Assembly: GCA_002269645.1 (NCBI GenBank)
Contig: NIVC01001094.1
Span: forward strand, 1-64,000
DNA length: 64,000 bases
Reading direction: 5' to 3'
Origin: Macrostomum lignano
Taxonomy: Eukaryota
Under the pieces are notes generated by a model. That model saw only the letters and a list, made by a program, of their open reading frames with translations. It was not told the origin of the DNA and made no database searches. Below, piece after piece: positions 23,906 to 49,518 of the stretch. The translations under genes were made by a program, and so were the position numbers. Position 1 is the stretch's first letter; the number at the start of each line of letters is the position of its first letter.

Positions 23906-25504
23906 ATCTAGCTGTGTGCATTTAAACATAATTCCATCTTTTTATTTTTGTTTTATTTTAACTTAACGACCCTAGCTATAACTGATAAGTGCGGAATTCA
24001 ACAATAAATATATTTTGCGTCATCAGTCAGTCAAGAAAATTAAAAATTTGATTTTGTTAAGTCGAAAACGTACGATAGTTATAATTGCTATATAAAGCCA
24101 TAAATGTCTACATGTAACATGTTGCAGTAATGCATATGTAGCTACGTGTGTGCTCCTAATTTGAAAATTCTTAAAGACTACATATAGCTATGGTGTTAAA
24201 ATTCGTACATGGACGCGAAAACTCATATCGTGAAAATTTTCTGGCATCGTTCTTGCAAGTTGCTAGTTTGTGTTGCATGCTAGGGTGTAATTCGAAATTT
24301 ATTAGTTTTCGTGCGCCATTCCCAGCGCCACTTTAAAATGACTTTACATTTAACTACATCAACTTTTTGCTTTGATCTTGTACTAGTCTTGCAAGATTTT
24401 TATGCTTAATTCAAACAGATAATACTGGATCATGCAGTTGACACGAGTTTTCTCAAATTCCTTTTTTCCTCGTGTGAAAAGAAAAAGTTAATCAAAGAAC
24501 AAGTCTGCGACTGCGACACTTCAATTCGATTCGAAACGTGAATTGCACAATAAATAAGATTAACAAATCGTTGGCATTTATTGTTGTTTATGTCAATAAA
24601 GGAGGATATCTTAGCGTCGCTTTATTTTGCTTATTGTTTTCGTTTAATTTTTGCACATTTGAAACCGATCATGTAGCGGTTGTTTTTATAGACAACCGAA
24701 AATTTAACATCCAACAACTTGCTTCTTTTGGTTCTGTGCAAGTTGCCACTGCCAACGAAATCTGTTAATAAATAAAATAGCAGCATCTATGCGCGAAAAA
24801 TATCTTAAAAATATTTTAAGAATAAGAGATAATATTAAAAAACATCTAAAGTATTTTTTCTTTAACATTTTAAGAAAGTATTATACTTTGTAACATTGTG
24901 TTGCATTGTGCTAGGTTCAAATTCCATCCTTTGATACTGTTTTATTATCTCTGTTTATTTTACATCACTTGCGTTTTTTGTTCAGAGTTTTGCCTCATTT
25001 TCTCAATAATTCTAAATCTAAAACAACTTTTCGTAAAGTCTGAAAGAATAGCAAGAAAGTTTTGTATAAAAAACTTCATGCTTTTTATTCTACATGTTAT
25101 GTTCTATTTTTCTTATGGAGCGAGCTAAAACCAGTTTTAAAATTCAAATTGAATTAATAATTAATAGTTAATGAGTTAATTAACTAATTAACTAAATTAA
25201 ATAATTATTAGTTAACAAATAGTTTAAAATAATTTATTGCTTCATGTCTTGAGTTAGTTATTAATAATTTTCATAGCTTAGCTAAGACTTTTTTCTTACT
25301 TTTAGTTCGACGAATAAGCATGGGTTTTTGTCGATAGTCAGAATTAACTCTACATAACTTAAAAATAACAAGTTTATATACATAGCGGAAACATAAAACT
25401 CTTAGCACTAGTTCATCCACAGTTAGAATTTGTATGCTGTATCTCTAGGACCTAGGTTTAATTTAGGTTAATGAATTCCCGACTTCAGGAGGCCAGGAGG
25501 CTGC

Positions 25505-37280
<11,776 letters not shown>

Positions 37281-37986
37281 TCGATAGTCGTTATTATTAA
37301 TTTGTGATGTATAAACAATTAGGATGTCGTAACTAAAGACATTTTTTGCTTTGCTTTTGTGCTGCTGCGCTCGTATCTCAACTATTAATTTTTTGTGATT
37401 AAATTGCTAATTTCCATGGCATTTTTTCTGATTATCTGGATAAATTGTGGTATTTTTGTCCCAAATTTTATCGCTCAATTTTTTACATCTCTTTTCGCAC
37501 AAATATATAACACATTTATACAGTAGATCGGCGATTAAAATGTTTCTTTAGAATAGAGTACAGATACTAGAATATTGTTCTTACGACGGTAGTATCTGTG
37601 GAATAGATGAGCAAATCTACTTGTTTGTTAGATTAAAAATTCCATGGCTATATAATAATATATTAAATAAATTGAACTGCGAATAGATGTTCAAAAAAGT
37701 CAGTAAAACTGTAAAAGTTTAAAGCCACGAAAAATTCACTAATCAATAAAAATAATTAGTCTTTCTTTATTGCACTTGTAGTATGGGATACAGTTTAATT
37801 TTGAATATCGTGCGCGCATGCACAATATTGCGCATGCACATGCACAGTTTGTGGGAAAAAGCATGGTAGACAAAGTGAGTCGGCTAACTGAAAAGTACGA
37901 GGCTGAATTGCAAAACAGAAAGTACAAATATTTGGAGGATGGAAATCTGACACATATACTGTACATGTACATGCACTGCACAGAGA

Positions 37987-38177
37987 TGCCACCCGTGTCA
38001 CAACGATAAAGCGGTAAACTACGTGCGCATCGTGGCTTACAAAGCTACAGCCTACGCGTATAGTCGTAGCTTTACGGGTAGTTTGCCGCTTTCAATACGA
38101 CTATACGCGTAGGCTGTAGCTTTGTAAGCCACGATGCGCACGTAGTTTACCGCTTTATCGTTGTGACACGGGTGGCA
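37987..38177. repeat. Perfect inverted repeat with 82-bp arms and a 27-nt loop (MITE-like foldback)
   Basis: 37987-38068 is the exact reverse complement of 38096-38177. Confidence 0.9.
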
Positions 38178-40139
38178 CCATGATGCATTTGTATAAAACA
38201 TGGAATTATTGGAAAATTAAATAAATGTGTATTTAACTTTTGTCGAGAAAAATGAAATTATTGTTTTTAAGCCATGTGAGTGTATTATATGTAATTATCG
38301 CAGTGCCAGTATAACCTCAGCAGTGAGAATTCCACTTAACGTAACATATATCTAGTAGCTGCTCACGTAGTTATAAAACTGCAACTATAAAGATTTATTG
38401 CATGCTTTAGTACCCGTCTATGTAAGTTAAATCCTTACAGTTTATAAACTGTCCTTTGTTAAGTACATTCAGAGCAACAGGTCGCGTTTACTAAACTGAA
38501 GGCTTATTCGTTTTGAGCGCGTACAGGGCCGATTATTGCGAAATTGGTCCCGCGTCACGCCTATTTTTAAAAGCCAAAATACTAAATTGGCATATGAAAG
38601 AAGCTGCAATTCAGGATTTTATTAAATTAGCATTTTTTATCACAGCGAAAAAAGTTACATTTAGAGCATCCTAAAATTAAATTGTAGTCTATAATTGTTT
38701 TAACCGTAATAGTTTAAAATTGTTCGGTATTGTATTGATCAATATACAAACAATGTTTAAAAATCCACGCTCTGGCGTTTTCTGGACCAGCCTTCGTATC
38801 GTATTTCCACCTCTTTGGTCATATTTTATATCGCAAAGTAAGGCGCCGCCAGCGTATTTATTTATTGTTAGTTTATAGGCCTATCGCTCACAATGATTTC
38901 ACTTTAAAAAGCTCCCAATAAAATTTCATTCTCATAGCTATTATTCATTTATTAAAAACGTGGGTTTCTATGTTTTTAGTTTGACGTTTGACATTTGCCT
39001 TATAATTTGGAAGTCCGAGTAGGCCTATTTACTTTACCTGTTACATCTGATTAAAATGAAATCTTAATAATCCGCCTTATGTTATTCTAGGTAAGAAGCA
39101 GAAATTTGCAATAAGGGCCTTAGTTAAATACAGTAGGCAAGGCATAGAAACTAGGGCCTAGGCCTAATATCAACTAGGCCAAGCCAAGCCCCAATGTTTC
39201 TACCAGCCAGTCATCATTAGCATCAGTATATCTTTTCAAACAAATAAGTAAATAGTAAATATGTGTACTATGTATTTTAGTATTGATAAGCATTATATGT
39301 TAAGACAATTGATGATTAGGGGCCTATAATAGACAAGTAGCTCTAGCAAATATTCTAAATCTAAGGTTACTTGATTTATTTTGAAAATTGTTCCAGATAT
39401 AGGTCATAGTCAGGAAGGTGTGCACTACACTAGAATAAGTTTTATGTGCCATTTGCTAAAGCTCTTTCAGTTTTTATATCTTGAAAACAAATTTTAAAAG
39501 ATGTTTATAAATTTACTATTATTTCTAGATTCAATTAGTGATAGACAAAATGTGGATTTTTGCACCTGTATAACTTTTGCCAACACTTTCAAATAGATCT
39601 TCTGACAATTAAAATGTTACAAAAAGTGTCGGAAAAAGTGTCAGAAGAACTGTCTAAAAATGTGTCAGCAAAAGTTAACTGTTACAACACTTTTTGTGAC
39701 ATTTAAAGTGTTGTAAAAAAGTGTCAAAAGATCTATCTGAAAATGTGTTGGCAAAAGTTATATAGGTAATTTTTGTAAGTTTCCAAAACCAAATCCAAAT
39801 ATAAAATGTTCTAAACCTAGATCCAATTATCTGAATAGGTTTCCAAATACAAGCAAAAAGTAAATGGTAAATGGTTAAAGTAACTATGACATTTTTAAGT
39901 AACAAAAATGCTTTGTTATCTAAATAATGATTTAGGTGAACAACTAGTCCTTAAATGAAATTCAGGTGAAATTGTAAGATTAAAAACTTGTTTTTTTAAT
40001 TTGCTATTTACAATATGAGCAAACTTTTTTTTAATAAAAAATAGTTTTTGTGCATAGCACAGACAAACTTTTGATAGGATTTATTCTAGTGCATTGCGCA
40101 ATCAAACTTTTTTGATAGGATTTGTTTTGGTGCAAGTGT

Positions 40140-43100
40140 ACTATGCCACACTCCAGATCATATAGTATATACCCAAAAATTTGGGCCTGCATTGGCCTTG
40201 TACACCAAAATTAGGCATGCACAGTTGACGTGCATCACTCGTGAAAAAATAGTATGTGTGCACACTTGGCATGCACTTTATAGAATCACGCGTAAGAGTT
40301 GTTGTGAAATTAAAAAAAGATAAAAAAAGTTCATTTTTAAGTGCAAATTTCAAGTTTTCCAATTTATTCAAGCTCGTAATAAAGCATTTAAACAAATCTT
40401 TGCATGTATAAATTTTTCTCTATAAATAGTATCACCAAAAAAGCATAAAAAGCAACCAAATTATCTGGTAATAAAGTCTGTTACACAATTTAAAAAAGGT
40501 ATTCTATTGTCACAATATAAAAAAAGGTTATTTATTGTGGAAACACCACTGGCATATTTTTGAGAATGGGCATGCACTATATTTTTTGGTGTGCATTTGT
40601 AATTATTCAATTTTTGTTCAAGTGTGCACCTAGCATGATCCAGACTTTGGGTGCTATGATCCTGACTATGGGCAAATTCTAAATACTAATACTCATATTG
40701 ACTGGCATTATATTTATACAAGTTGAAAACTTTACCATAAGTCCATGCATTTGCATTTTTATAAAACCAAACTAATGATTACATTTAAACAATGATTGCC
40801 AAAAATGTTTTTGCAACTTTAGGTTCAATGCCTCAAAGGTCTTAAAATAATAACTTTAATTGATACAACTTTCTTTTAAATATAAGCCTATATTTATTAC
40901 AAAAATGAAAAATATGATGTAAAATGTTTGTATTTATATATTTTATTATACTCTCTTATATCAAAAGTTTTATTTCTTTTATGGTTAAATATGTTTAGAG
41001 TTTTTAATTTTTTTATTCAGAAGCACATTTGAAAATATTAAAAAAATAATATTTCTGAATCCAAAACATTTATATTTCTATAAAAAGTGAGACATTTTTG
41101 GCTTCAAATCCAAATATTCAGATCTATCACTAGACTCAATCACTTGTAATAGCTTTATTTTTATCCAAATTGAATTGAATTTGAACTTTTAAGCAGTCTG
41201 TTAGTAATGTAAATAGAAATTTGTTAAAAGGGATAATGAATTTTAGAAGATAAAGACCTAAAAAAGGACTATACTCTGGATCATATCCCTATTGGAATAA
41301 GTTTTCAGACACTGTGGACAGTGCATCTAGTGCGCCATGGCAATCATAAAGTGGCCTGGACGGTGCGTCATGACAATCTTCAAATCCTAAGGTGGTATGG
41401 ACGATGTGTCATTCAAATCTTCAAATCCTAGGGTGCCATAGCACTCTAGGTTTAGGTGATATTGTGCATGACTCCAGTCTCTATCATGTTCATTCTGATG
41501 ATGCATCACTCGTTTTTGAGAGATTTAAAGAGATTGAGAGAAAGTTGTGTGTTTTACCACACTTGTGTTTTACTGCACTCTGTTCTGTACTGTACTTCTG
41601 CCCCCTTCTGTTGTAGTTGTATCTATTTCTTAATTCTTAGTCTACTCGTCTTTTGACTTACAAAGTTACATTGTTGGTCTATTCAAAGAAAAATAAATAA
41701 TGTAAATAGTGTGGCAATTGCATCAGTGAGTACTTAAAATAATTACGAACACTGAAACCCTTTACTTCAATTTGGCTAATCGGTTAATACAAAATGAAGA
41801 AACTCCGTGATGAACAACACAGAGTTCACGAACAAACAAAATTGTCTTTGCCTTATCCACACACTTTTTCAGTAGTAGTTGTAGCACTTTGGCTCGGGTC
41901 GGGTTATCAAATCTGATAACTATTTAGCATGGTGTTTCGAAGAATATTTTCACATTTAAATGTCAGCATAAATAAATGTACGCACAACCAATCAAAAAGA
42001 TAATTAAACAAAGCAGAAAATTTGTTGAGACTTTTAATAGAATTTAGTTTACTTTTTTATTTCTTGCAACTGCGTTATAAGAGAACATTAAGAGCAATTA
42101 GCATTTGGCACTATGTTATAATGTTTATGAGGCAATAAAGAACATTTCTGCTGCGATCTTTCAACTACAATTTCCAATTTTACAATTAACTTGCATGCAT
42201 ATTCTAGATGACACAGCAATCAATACATATGATAGGAGATATGCTATACTATAGCCCATAGCAATATTATCAAAGTTATAGAAATTAGAAAAACAAGTTT
42301 TACTTACAGTTTGCTGAATTTCCACCGTGCTGCTGACTTTCTCCTGTGCATGCTTCTCATCCTTGTTCAGCAGCGCTGTATATAGCGCGTGATGTCCTCC
42401 TTGCATCTTACCTGTGAGCTGCTGTGCGTCATGGCGCATGGCGCGCGTAGCGCGCCATGCGCCATGACTATGAGGAAAAAGAAAAAGTGCGCCGGACGCC
42501 GTCCGCGAAAATACCACTTATTCCAATAGGGGATCATATAGTATAACATAGCCCTATTGGAAAAAGTTTCAAAAACCCGTGGATGTGCAACACGGGTGCC
42601 AAAATTGTGCCTTCAAAAGTGCAACGCAACACTAAATTTTGTTGACTAGGGGGCAAAGATGCGCGACACAACACCAATGTCTGTTAACCAAATGACCAGG
42701 GAAGCGAGAGACAAGAGTATTCCTTTCAATTTTGTGGAAAAAGAAAAGAAATTTAAAAACAATAAAAAGTAGAACAACAAAGGTATAGCAGTTAGAAAAA
42801 CAGTGCATGCATTGTAACTAACAAGTAACATTTCTAAAAATTATATTTGAAGTATTAGTTACTTTACCATAAAAAAAAACAATTCAAGAACTAGTTATTA
42901 TCAAACATGTTTGAAACATTTAAACACCAAGAAACAACAGTGAACAGATTATAATGAAATGCCATTTGCAAGGTTTTGGCTGCAGATCTAGGCTGCAACG
43001 CAACACATGACAACACCAGCTGCCAAGTTGCCATACTGTCGCGTCGCGCGACGCGATGCATGTCAACACTAGGTTGCCACAGTGTCGCGCAATGTGACAC

Positions 43101-44130
43101 ACCACTTGACACCATTGTCGCATGACGCAACACCAGGAGAATCTGAAAATGCAACAGATGGTTGTCTGCATTTTGTCAACTTATTCCATAGGTCTATATT
43201 ATATGCCTTGCATGCCTAAAATTAACTGTGCAGTTGGTGTGCATGATTCCTTAAAATTGTATGCATGTACACTTAGTATGCACTTCATAGATTCACATAG
43301 AATAGTTAGTGTTAAGTAGAAAAAAGATAAAAATATTTATATTTTGGATAGTTAAATATATATTTCAAGATTTTTGACTTTTAAGCTCATTAATAAAGTA
43401 TTTAAACAAATGTTTGTGCATATAGATTTATTGCTATAAATGGTATATACAAAGAAAATAAATAATCAACCAAATTATTTGCAAAAAAGGTCTTTTCTAC
43501 TATGTAAAAAGGTCATTTACAGTTGCAATCCAAAAAGGTCATTTATTGTTACAACACTAGCCTAGATTTAAGAGTGTAGGCATATATTCTAAAAATTTTT
43601 GTATGCATATTTGTAACGATTTAATTCTTGTTTGGGTGTCCACCTAGCATGATCCGGATTAAAGAGAAAGAACAAAAGAATGGCTTTGTATTTTAGTAAA
43701 AATTCTGTTATTTCTCTCTTTGATTTTTTCTAGACTTTGCATAAGGGAAAAAGGCAACTACCACACTCTAGATCATGTAGTATAAGGCATATCCCTAAAA
43801 ATTTAGGTGTGCATTGGCCTTGTATACCAAAAGCTAGGCATGTATAGTTGGCATGCATTTACTTCTTAGAAAATAATGTATGCACACCTGATGTGCACTT
43901 TATAGAATCACATAAAAGAGTATTGTGTTAACTGTAAAAATAGTTAAAAGTTTATTTTTAAGCATAAAAATCAAGCTTTCTGGTTTTTAAGGTTATAATG
44001 AAGCATTTAAACAAATTTTTGTGTCTATTGACTTTTAGCTATAAATAGTATATAGGCAAAAAATAATAAACCAAATAAGCCAAAAAGGGTCCTTTATGCA
44101 ACATAAAAAGGTCATTCATTGCTGCAACAC
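40140..44130. mobile_element. Three diverged copies of an AT-rich ~400-530-bp dispersed repeat (about 40140-40670, 43190-43600, 43760-44130)
   Basis: Shared blocks GCATTGGCCTTGTA.ACCAAAA, GCACTTTATAGAATCAC, AAGCATTTAAACAAA, CTATAAATAGTAT, AAAAAGGTCATT and CACCTAGCATGATCC. Confidence 0.6.
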
Positions 44131-44131
44131 T

Positions 44132-44297
44132 CATGCTTGAGCGCAACCTAGGGATTCACCTGGCCATTTCTATTGGCAACACACATGTAAGTCACTATTG
44201 GATAGAATAGTAGTCACGTGACTGCTGTTGGCCAATAGCAACTTACATGTGTGTGTTGCCAATAGAAATGGCCAAGTGATTCCTAAGGTTGTGCATG
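44132..44297. mobile_element. Palindromic MITE-like element, copy 1
   Basis: Imperfect ~165-bp palindrome centred on GTCACGTGAC. A similar copy lies at 48816-48979. Confidence 0.75.
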
Positions 44298-46542
44298 TAT
44301 GGCAACACTAGACTTTTGGGAGCACAAAAAATGTCTATAGAAAAATTGTCTACCAAGATTTGCCTGTCAAGATTTGCTAGCAAGCAAATTGGCTGCTGAG
44401 TTTTTTCTTGCTGACGTTTGCCTGCAAAGCTTTTTTCCTATAGCATATTTAGCCACATGGAAGAGTAGTAAGCTTTAATAAAAACATTTATCCAATCAAA
44501 ATTTTTTCATTGTAACTGCATATCAAATGAATATTTGGGGGGATTTACTTGTAGGCAAATTTCACTATAAGCAAATTGCATTTTGGGCAAATCTCCATGG
44601 GCAGAAGTGTAGGTATGCATTCAAATTTTTTTATCCAAATTCTTTGCTAAATAAATAAATAAATAACATTAGCCGCTATTGCATATAGTATAGATAATAT
44701 AAAATATGTTTATACTTTACCAAACTAAATCCATATACTAAAAATGGTTTGTTGTAAATTACTAAATTAGAAAGTTTTCACTTTTTGTTTGTTCTCCCAT
44801 TTGCTTTGGCTTTGCATTTTTACTTTTTTGCTTTAAAAAATCATGGGTTCTTTATAATTTTTTTAATTTATAATATAGCTATTAAATAGGGGTATTGCCA
44901 TGGATTTTTTTGGTAGGGGGGGGGGACAAAATCAAGAATCCAACATGTACATGAGTAATTCTTACATTTCCATTTTTTGAAAAATGTGTTGTCAGTGCTC
45001 ATTTTGGCATTGCAAATACTCACTTTAGTGTTATGAGCATTCCTTTTGGTGCCTCAGGCATTCCTTTTAGTGCCAAAGGTACTCATTTTGGTGCCAAAGG
45101 GCAAAGGCGCTATATTTTGGCACCTTAAAAAATAATTGATTACCACAATGGGTGACAGGATGGGTTGGGAGAGGGCAAAGCATTGGCATGTCCCCCCATA
45201 GCTTTTACTAGGGGGGGAGGGAGGACATGCCCCCCAGTGGAAATGCACCTAACTATAAGAAAAATTAGAATAAAGAGATTTGATCATTGCAGCTTGTAGC
45301 TATAGAGATGGCATGGTAAAATTTTGTATGGCTATGACTATACAGATATAGTGGTAGAATACTAGTAATTATCCCCTTTCCTCTTTCTTCTAGTTATACC
45401 ACTGCAGTCTTTTATGTTCATGATAAAATTAACAATTGTCATAAACTTATAAAAAAACTTTCAAAAATGCTAAGAATTATATCAAATATTAGCAAAATGC
45501 TTCTATTAATTACTGGATCAAGGGCCCTATTGGAATAAGTTTAAAAAACCCATAGATGTGCTTCACTGATGCAAAAAAAGTAGCTCAAATGCCAATATAC
45601 AAGACAAGAATATTAAAATGTGCAATGCACTGCAAAAAATTACAATTTGAAAATTATGTAGCATGGTGGAAAACAAAAGAAAACAACCAATATAAAACCA
45701 GGAAAATGAAGTAAATGTGTAAAGTAAACTCTATACTCAAAGTCTTATACTATAACTGTGTTATTCCTGTAATTTTGCACACACCAAGCTTAGAAGTGCT
45801 GCTACCAATCAACTGCAACATGCAATACTGCTCTTCAATGTGACACGACACTGTCTTTCTTTACTCCAATGTGACCCTGAAAATATTGAAAATGCAATTG
45901 ACAGCCATCTGCAATAAAGATCAAGCCATGAATTCCAGCATTGGCATGAATTTTAAGAATTAATTGCATTTTGTTGTAAAATATGTTATTACTTATTACT
46001 TGTTAATCAGACTTGTTTTTCCACATTTCAATAAAACATTTTTATGTAAGTCACATTAAAAAATAGTTCATGTATGGTATGCAGACTATCATTCCTCAAA
46101 AAAATTCTGATGCACACTGCCACCTTAACTACAGAAAGTAGGATAAGATCTTAATCCTGATACCATTCTTTATTCTATCTTTAAATATTGTTATAAATTA
46201 GATAATGATTTTTAGGATATAGTAGGATATCCTAGATATCAGTGAATCTTAAATTATACTCCTGATTGCATGATAAACTTTTAAATTTTATCTTCTACTA
46301 ATGAGATTTTCATAGTGTATCCAAATATCCTTGATTACTAGATTTTGATGTATGCTTTTTGGTATCTTACTAAGTTAGTTTTAGTATGTAGTTTCACAAG
46401 ATCAAACCATTTTTATAGTTAAACTCTTTAATCTGTTTCTTACTATTTAAGTGGTAGGAGCATGCTTAGTACAATTTTAATTTGATGATTTGGCAATTTT
46501 TTAATTCTACATTTGTTTCAGACTTGCAAATTTACCATCGCC

Positions 46543-47822
46543 ATGTCTTTGTCAAAAACAATGGCTTGCAACATTTCTCGTCGTATGTACTCAGCAGTGC
46601 AGAGCACAACTCAAGTGCCTCAGCAGGCTGCAACTGAAAGAACTGCAGATCCGCTGACTGACAGGTTCAAGCGACGACACACATACTTACGCATCTCGCT
46701 TGCCGAAAAGTGTAACTTGCGATGTAAGTGATTCTCTTTGCTTCTTGCTTCTTTTTTCCTTTTGCCCACAATGCATTTTAACGAATTTCATGCGTATCTA
46801 TAAAATTGCAGGCCAGTACTGCATGCCGGCCGAAGGTGTCTCGCTAACACCATCTAAGTCACTACTGACTAGCACTGAGATTTCCCGTCTAGCGCGCGCA
46901 TTCGTTAGCTGGGGTGTGCGCAAGGTGCGCCTCACTGGCGGCGAGCCGCTCCTGCGCGCCGACCTATTGGACATTGTTGCCGGATTGAATGAGCTAAGGT
47001 CGCAGGGCCTGCAGTCAATCGGCATAACAACTAATGGCATTTTGCTCCAGCGCCAGGCCCGGGCGCTCCGACAGGCCGGCTTAGATGCCTTGAACGTCAG
47101 CTGCGACACCTTGGTCCCCGGCAAGTTCGAGTTGGTCACTAGGCGGCGCGGCTGGGACCGCGTCTGGTCAGGCGTGCGGCACGCTCTCGACAGCGGCTTT
47201 CCCATTGTGAAGATCAACTGCGTTGCTATGCGCGGCTTTAACGATGATGAATTAGTTGATTTTGTCCGTCTCACTCTGGACCATGCCTACGATGTACGCT
47301 TCATTGAGTACATGCCATTCGATGGCAACCGGTGGAGCACCAGGAAGATGCTGCCCTACGCTGAAATGCTGGACAGAATTCGTGTTGAATTTCCTAACAT
47401 CGAGCGCCTGCCAGACGAGCCCAACCACGTGTCCAAAGCGTGGAAAGTGCCCGGCGCTAGGGGCCGTGTCGGCTTCATCTCTAGCATGACGCAGCATTTT
47501 TGCGCAGTGTGCAACAGGGTTCGAGTCACGGCCGATGGCAATTTTAAAGTGTGCCTCCACGGCGGCAGCGAAGTCAGTCTGCGCGACGCGATACGGTCCG
47601 GCGCCACTGACGATGAGCTGAAGCAGATCGTGTCCGATTCTCTGCAGCGTAAGAAAGCTCAGCATGCCGGTAAGTAAATCTGTTCTTTATGTCGCTTTCA
47701 ATTTAGCACTACTCTAAGTAGTTCGTGCTGCACCATATTAGTCGACTATCTTAAAACAAATTTTAGGAATGGAGACTCTGTCCAAACTCAAGAACCGACC
47801 GATGATTCTTATTGGTGGCTGA
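46543..47822 (+). CDS. MOCS1: Molybdenum cofactor biosynthesis protein MOCS1A / MoaA (radical SAM GTP 3',8-cyclase)
   Basis: Exons 46543-46723, 46812-47669 and 47767-47822. Motifs LTDRFKRRHTYLRISL, CNLRCQYC (CxxxCxxC), KVRLTGGEP, ITTNG, FCAVCNRVR...C and the C-terminus KNRPMILIGG*. The N-terminus resembles a mitochondrial presequence (RRMYS). Confidence 0.97.
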
Positions 47823-48815
47823 TATCCATCTTCTTTGAACTTATTGAAAGATTTTTAAATAAATCGTGCTACTACCCAGATTACACCGTCCATTCCAATT
47901 TTGCTATTTTCCCTAGACCGCCTTGCGTAAACATCTTTGAGTTCTATTACAAGATGTGTATTTTATACTGCGATGCAGATTGTACAGTTCTACTATAGCA
48001 TGTCATTAACAGGCCTCAATTCTCTGTTAAACACCAATTTTTTATACAAACAACCGACGAAAGCAGATAATCACGTCTTTCTTATAAATACTTTGTTATG
48101 AATATATTTTCCTGTACTATTCAAATTGCCTGTTTCAAATCGAACGAAGCATACACATCTGGGCCCTAATAACAAAAACAATATTTATCACTCTGCATGA
48201 CAGGCTGGTTACTTCGCGCCTTTTATACAGTAAATTTACCTTTCGAGCTTGATTTATATCGTATCAGTGATTTGTAGCTATTTAATGAATATTTGATTGT
48301 CTTTAACAATTACCATATTAATTAGACATATTTATTTACTTTTTTTACATTCTTCCCTGCGACATTTTTGTCGCTAGTGCTATTAGATTAGCTCTCGATT
48401 TTAAAGTTCTTATTAATTATTCTTCTATCAGTAGCATATCTCTGCAATTCGTTTTGACTTCTTCTTTCTCCGATTTTTTGCTACTCAAATATTGGTTTCT
48501 GCCTGTTATGTAGATTTTATCAAGGATCGCTGCAGTACAATATAAAAGGCACAAGACTCAAAGATCGTGTAATTTATTGAAGGCCAATTTCCTGGAATAA
48601 ATACACAGCGGAGATAAGATAAAATCTTTTTTTATATAGTTGTGTAGTGAAAGTTTCATGTTGTTTTATTTTTATTTCATAAGCCCATAGTTGTATGCAC
48701 TAACTGCGTGTGCATGTGTGTAGGAAGTAATATGCATTAAATGCATTAAACTGGAATTGTACCTGCAATTATTTCTTATGAGCACCTGAATTCAAACATT
48801 TTTTACAAATATACT

Positions 48816-48979
48816 CATGCTTGGGCGCAACCTAGGGATTCACCCGGCCTTTTCTATTGTCAACACACATGGAAGTCGCTATTGGACGGAATAGTAGTCA
48901 CGTGACTGCTCTCAGCCAATAGCGACTTACGTGTGTGTTGCCAATAGAAACGGCCGAGTGATTCCCAAGGTTGCGCATG
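48816..48979. mobile_element. Palindromic MITE-like element, copy 2
   Basis: Homologous to 44132-44297. Confidence 0.75.
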
Positions 48980-49518
48980 TATGATTATATACTTGATTCA
49001 AGATCACTTGTGAGTAGCTAGTGTTACAACTTTGGGCTTATGAAATGAAAAGAAAAATAATACGAGAATGAAACTGTATTGTATTGTACAACTATTTAAA
49101 TAAAACAGTAACATGTAAAGCATGTTAAATTAAACAAATTGTAATCTTCACTGACCCAGATCAAATGCAATCATTTTGTGATGAAAGAATAATTGCTTTC
49201 TGTCTCCGCAGTGTATTTTTTCAGGAAATTGGCCTCCAAAATGACACGATCTTTGACTTGCAGGTTGCAGGTCATGTTATTCTACAGTGGTTGGATTTTA
49301 TTCAGACTAATTAAATAAATGATCAGAATATTTCTTCACTATAGTTACCAGCATATTTGTTTTTCTGTGTCAAGTTTATTTAGTTCCGCGTAGAAACAAC
49401 GTTTTTTTAATTTGTGTTTGCTCAAAAATTTTATGCGTGAAATTTCACTACCGATTTCAGAGAAGTTGTTGAGCCAGACAAATCCCACCCTACATCAAAT
49501 TCCGACATAATTTCAACA

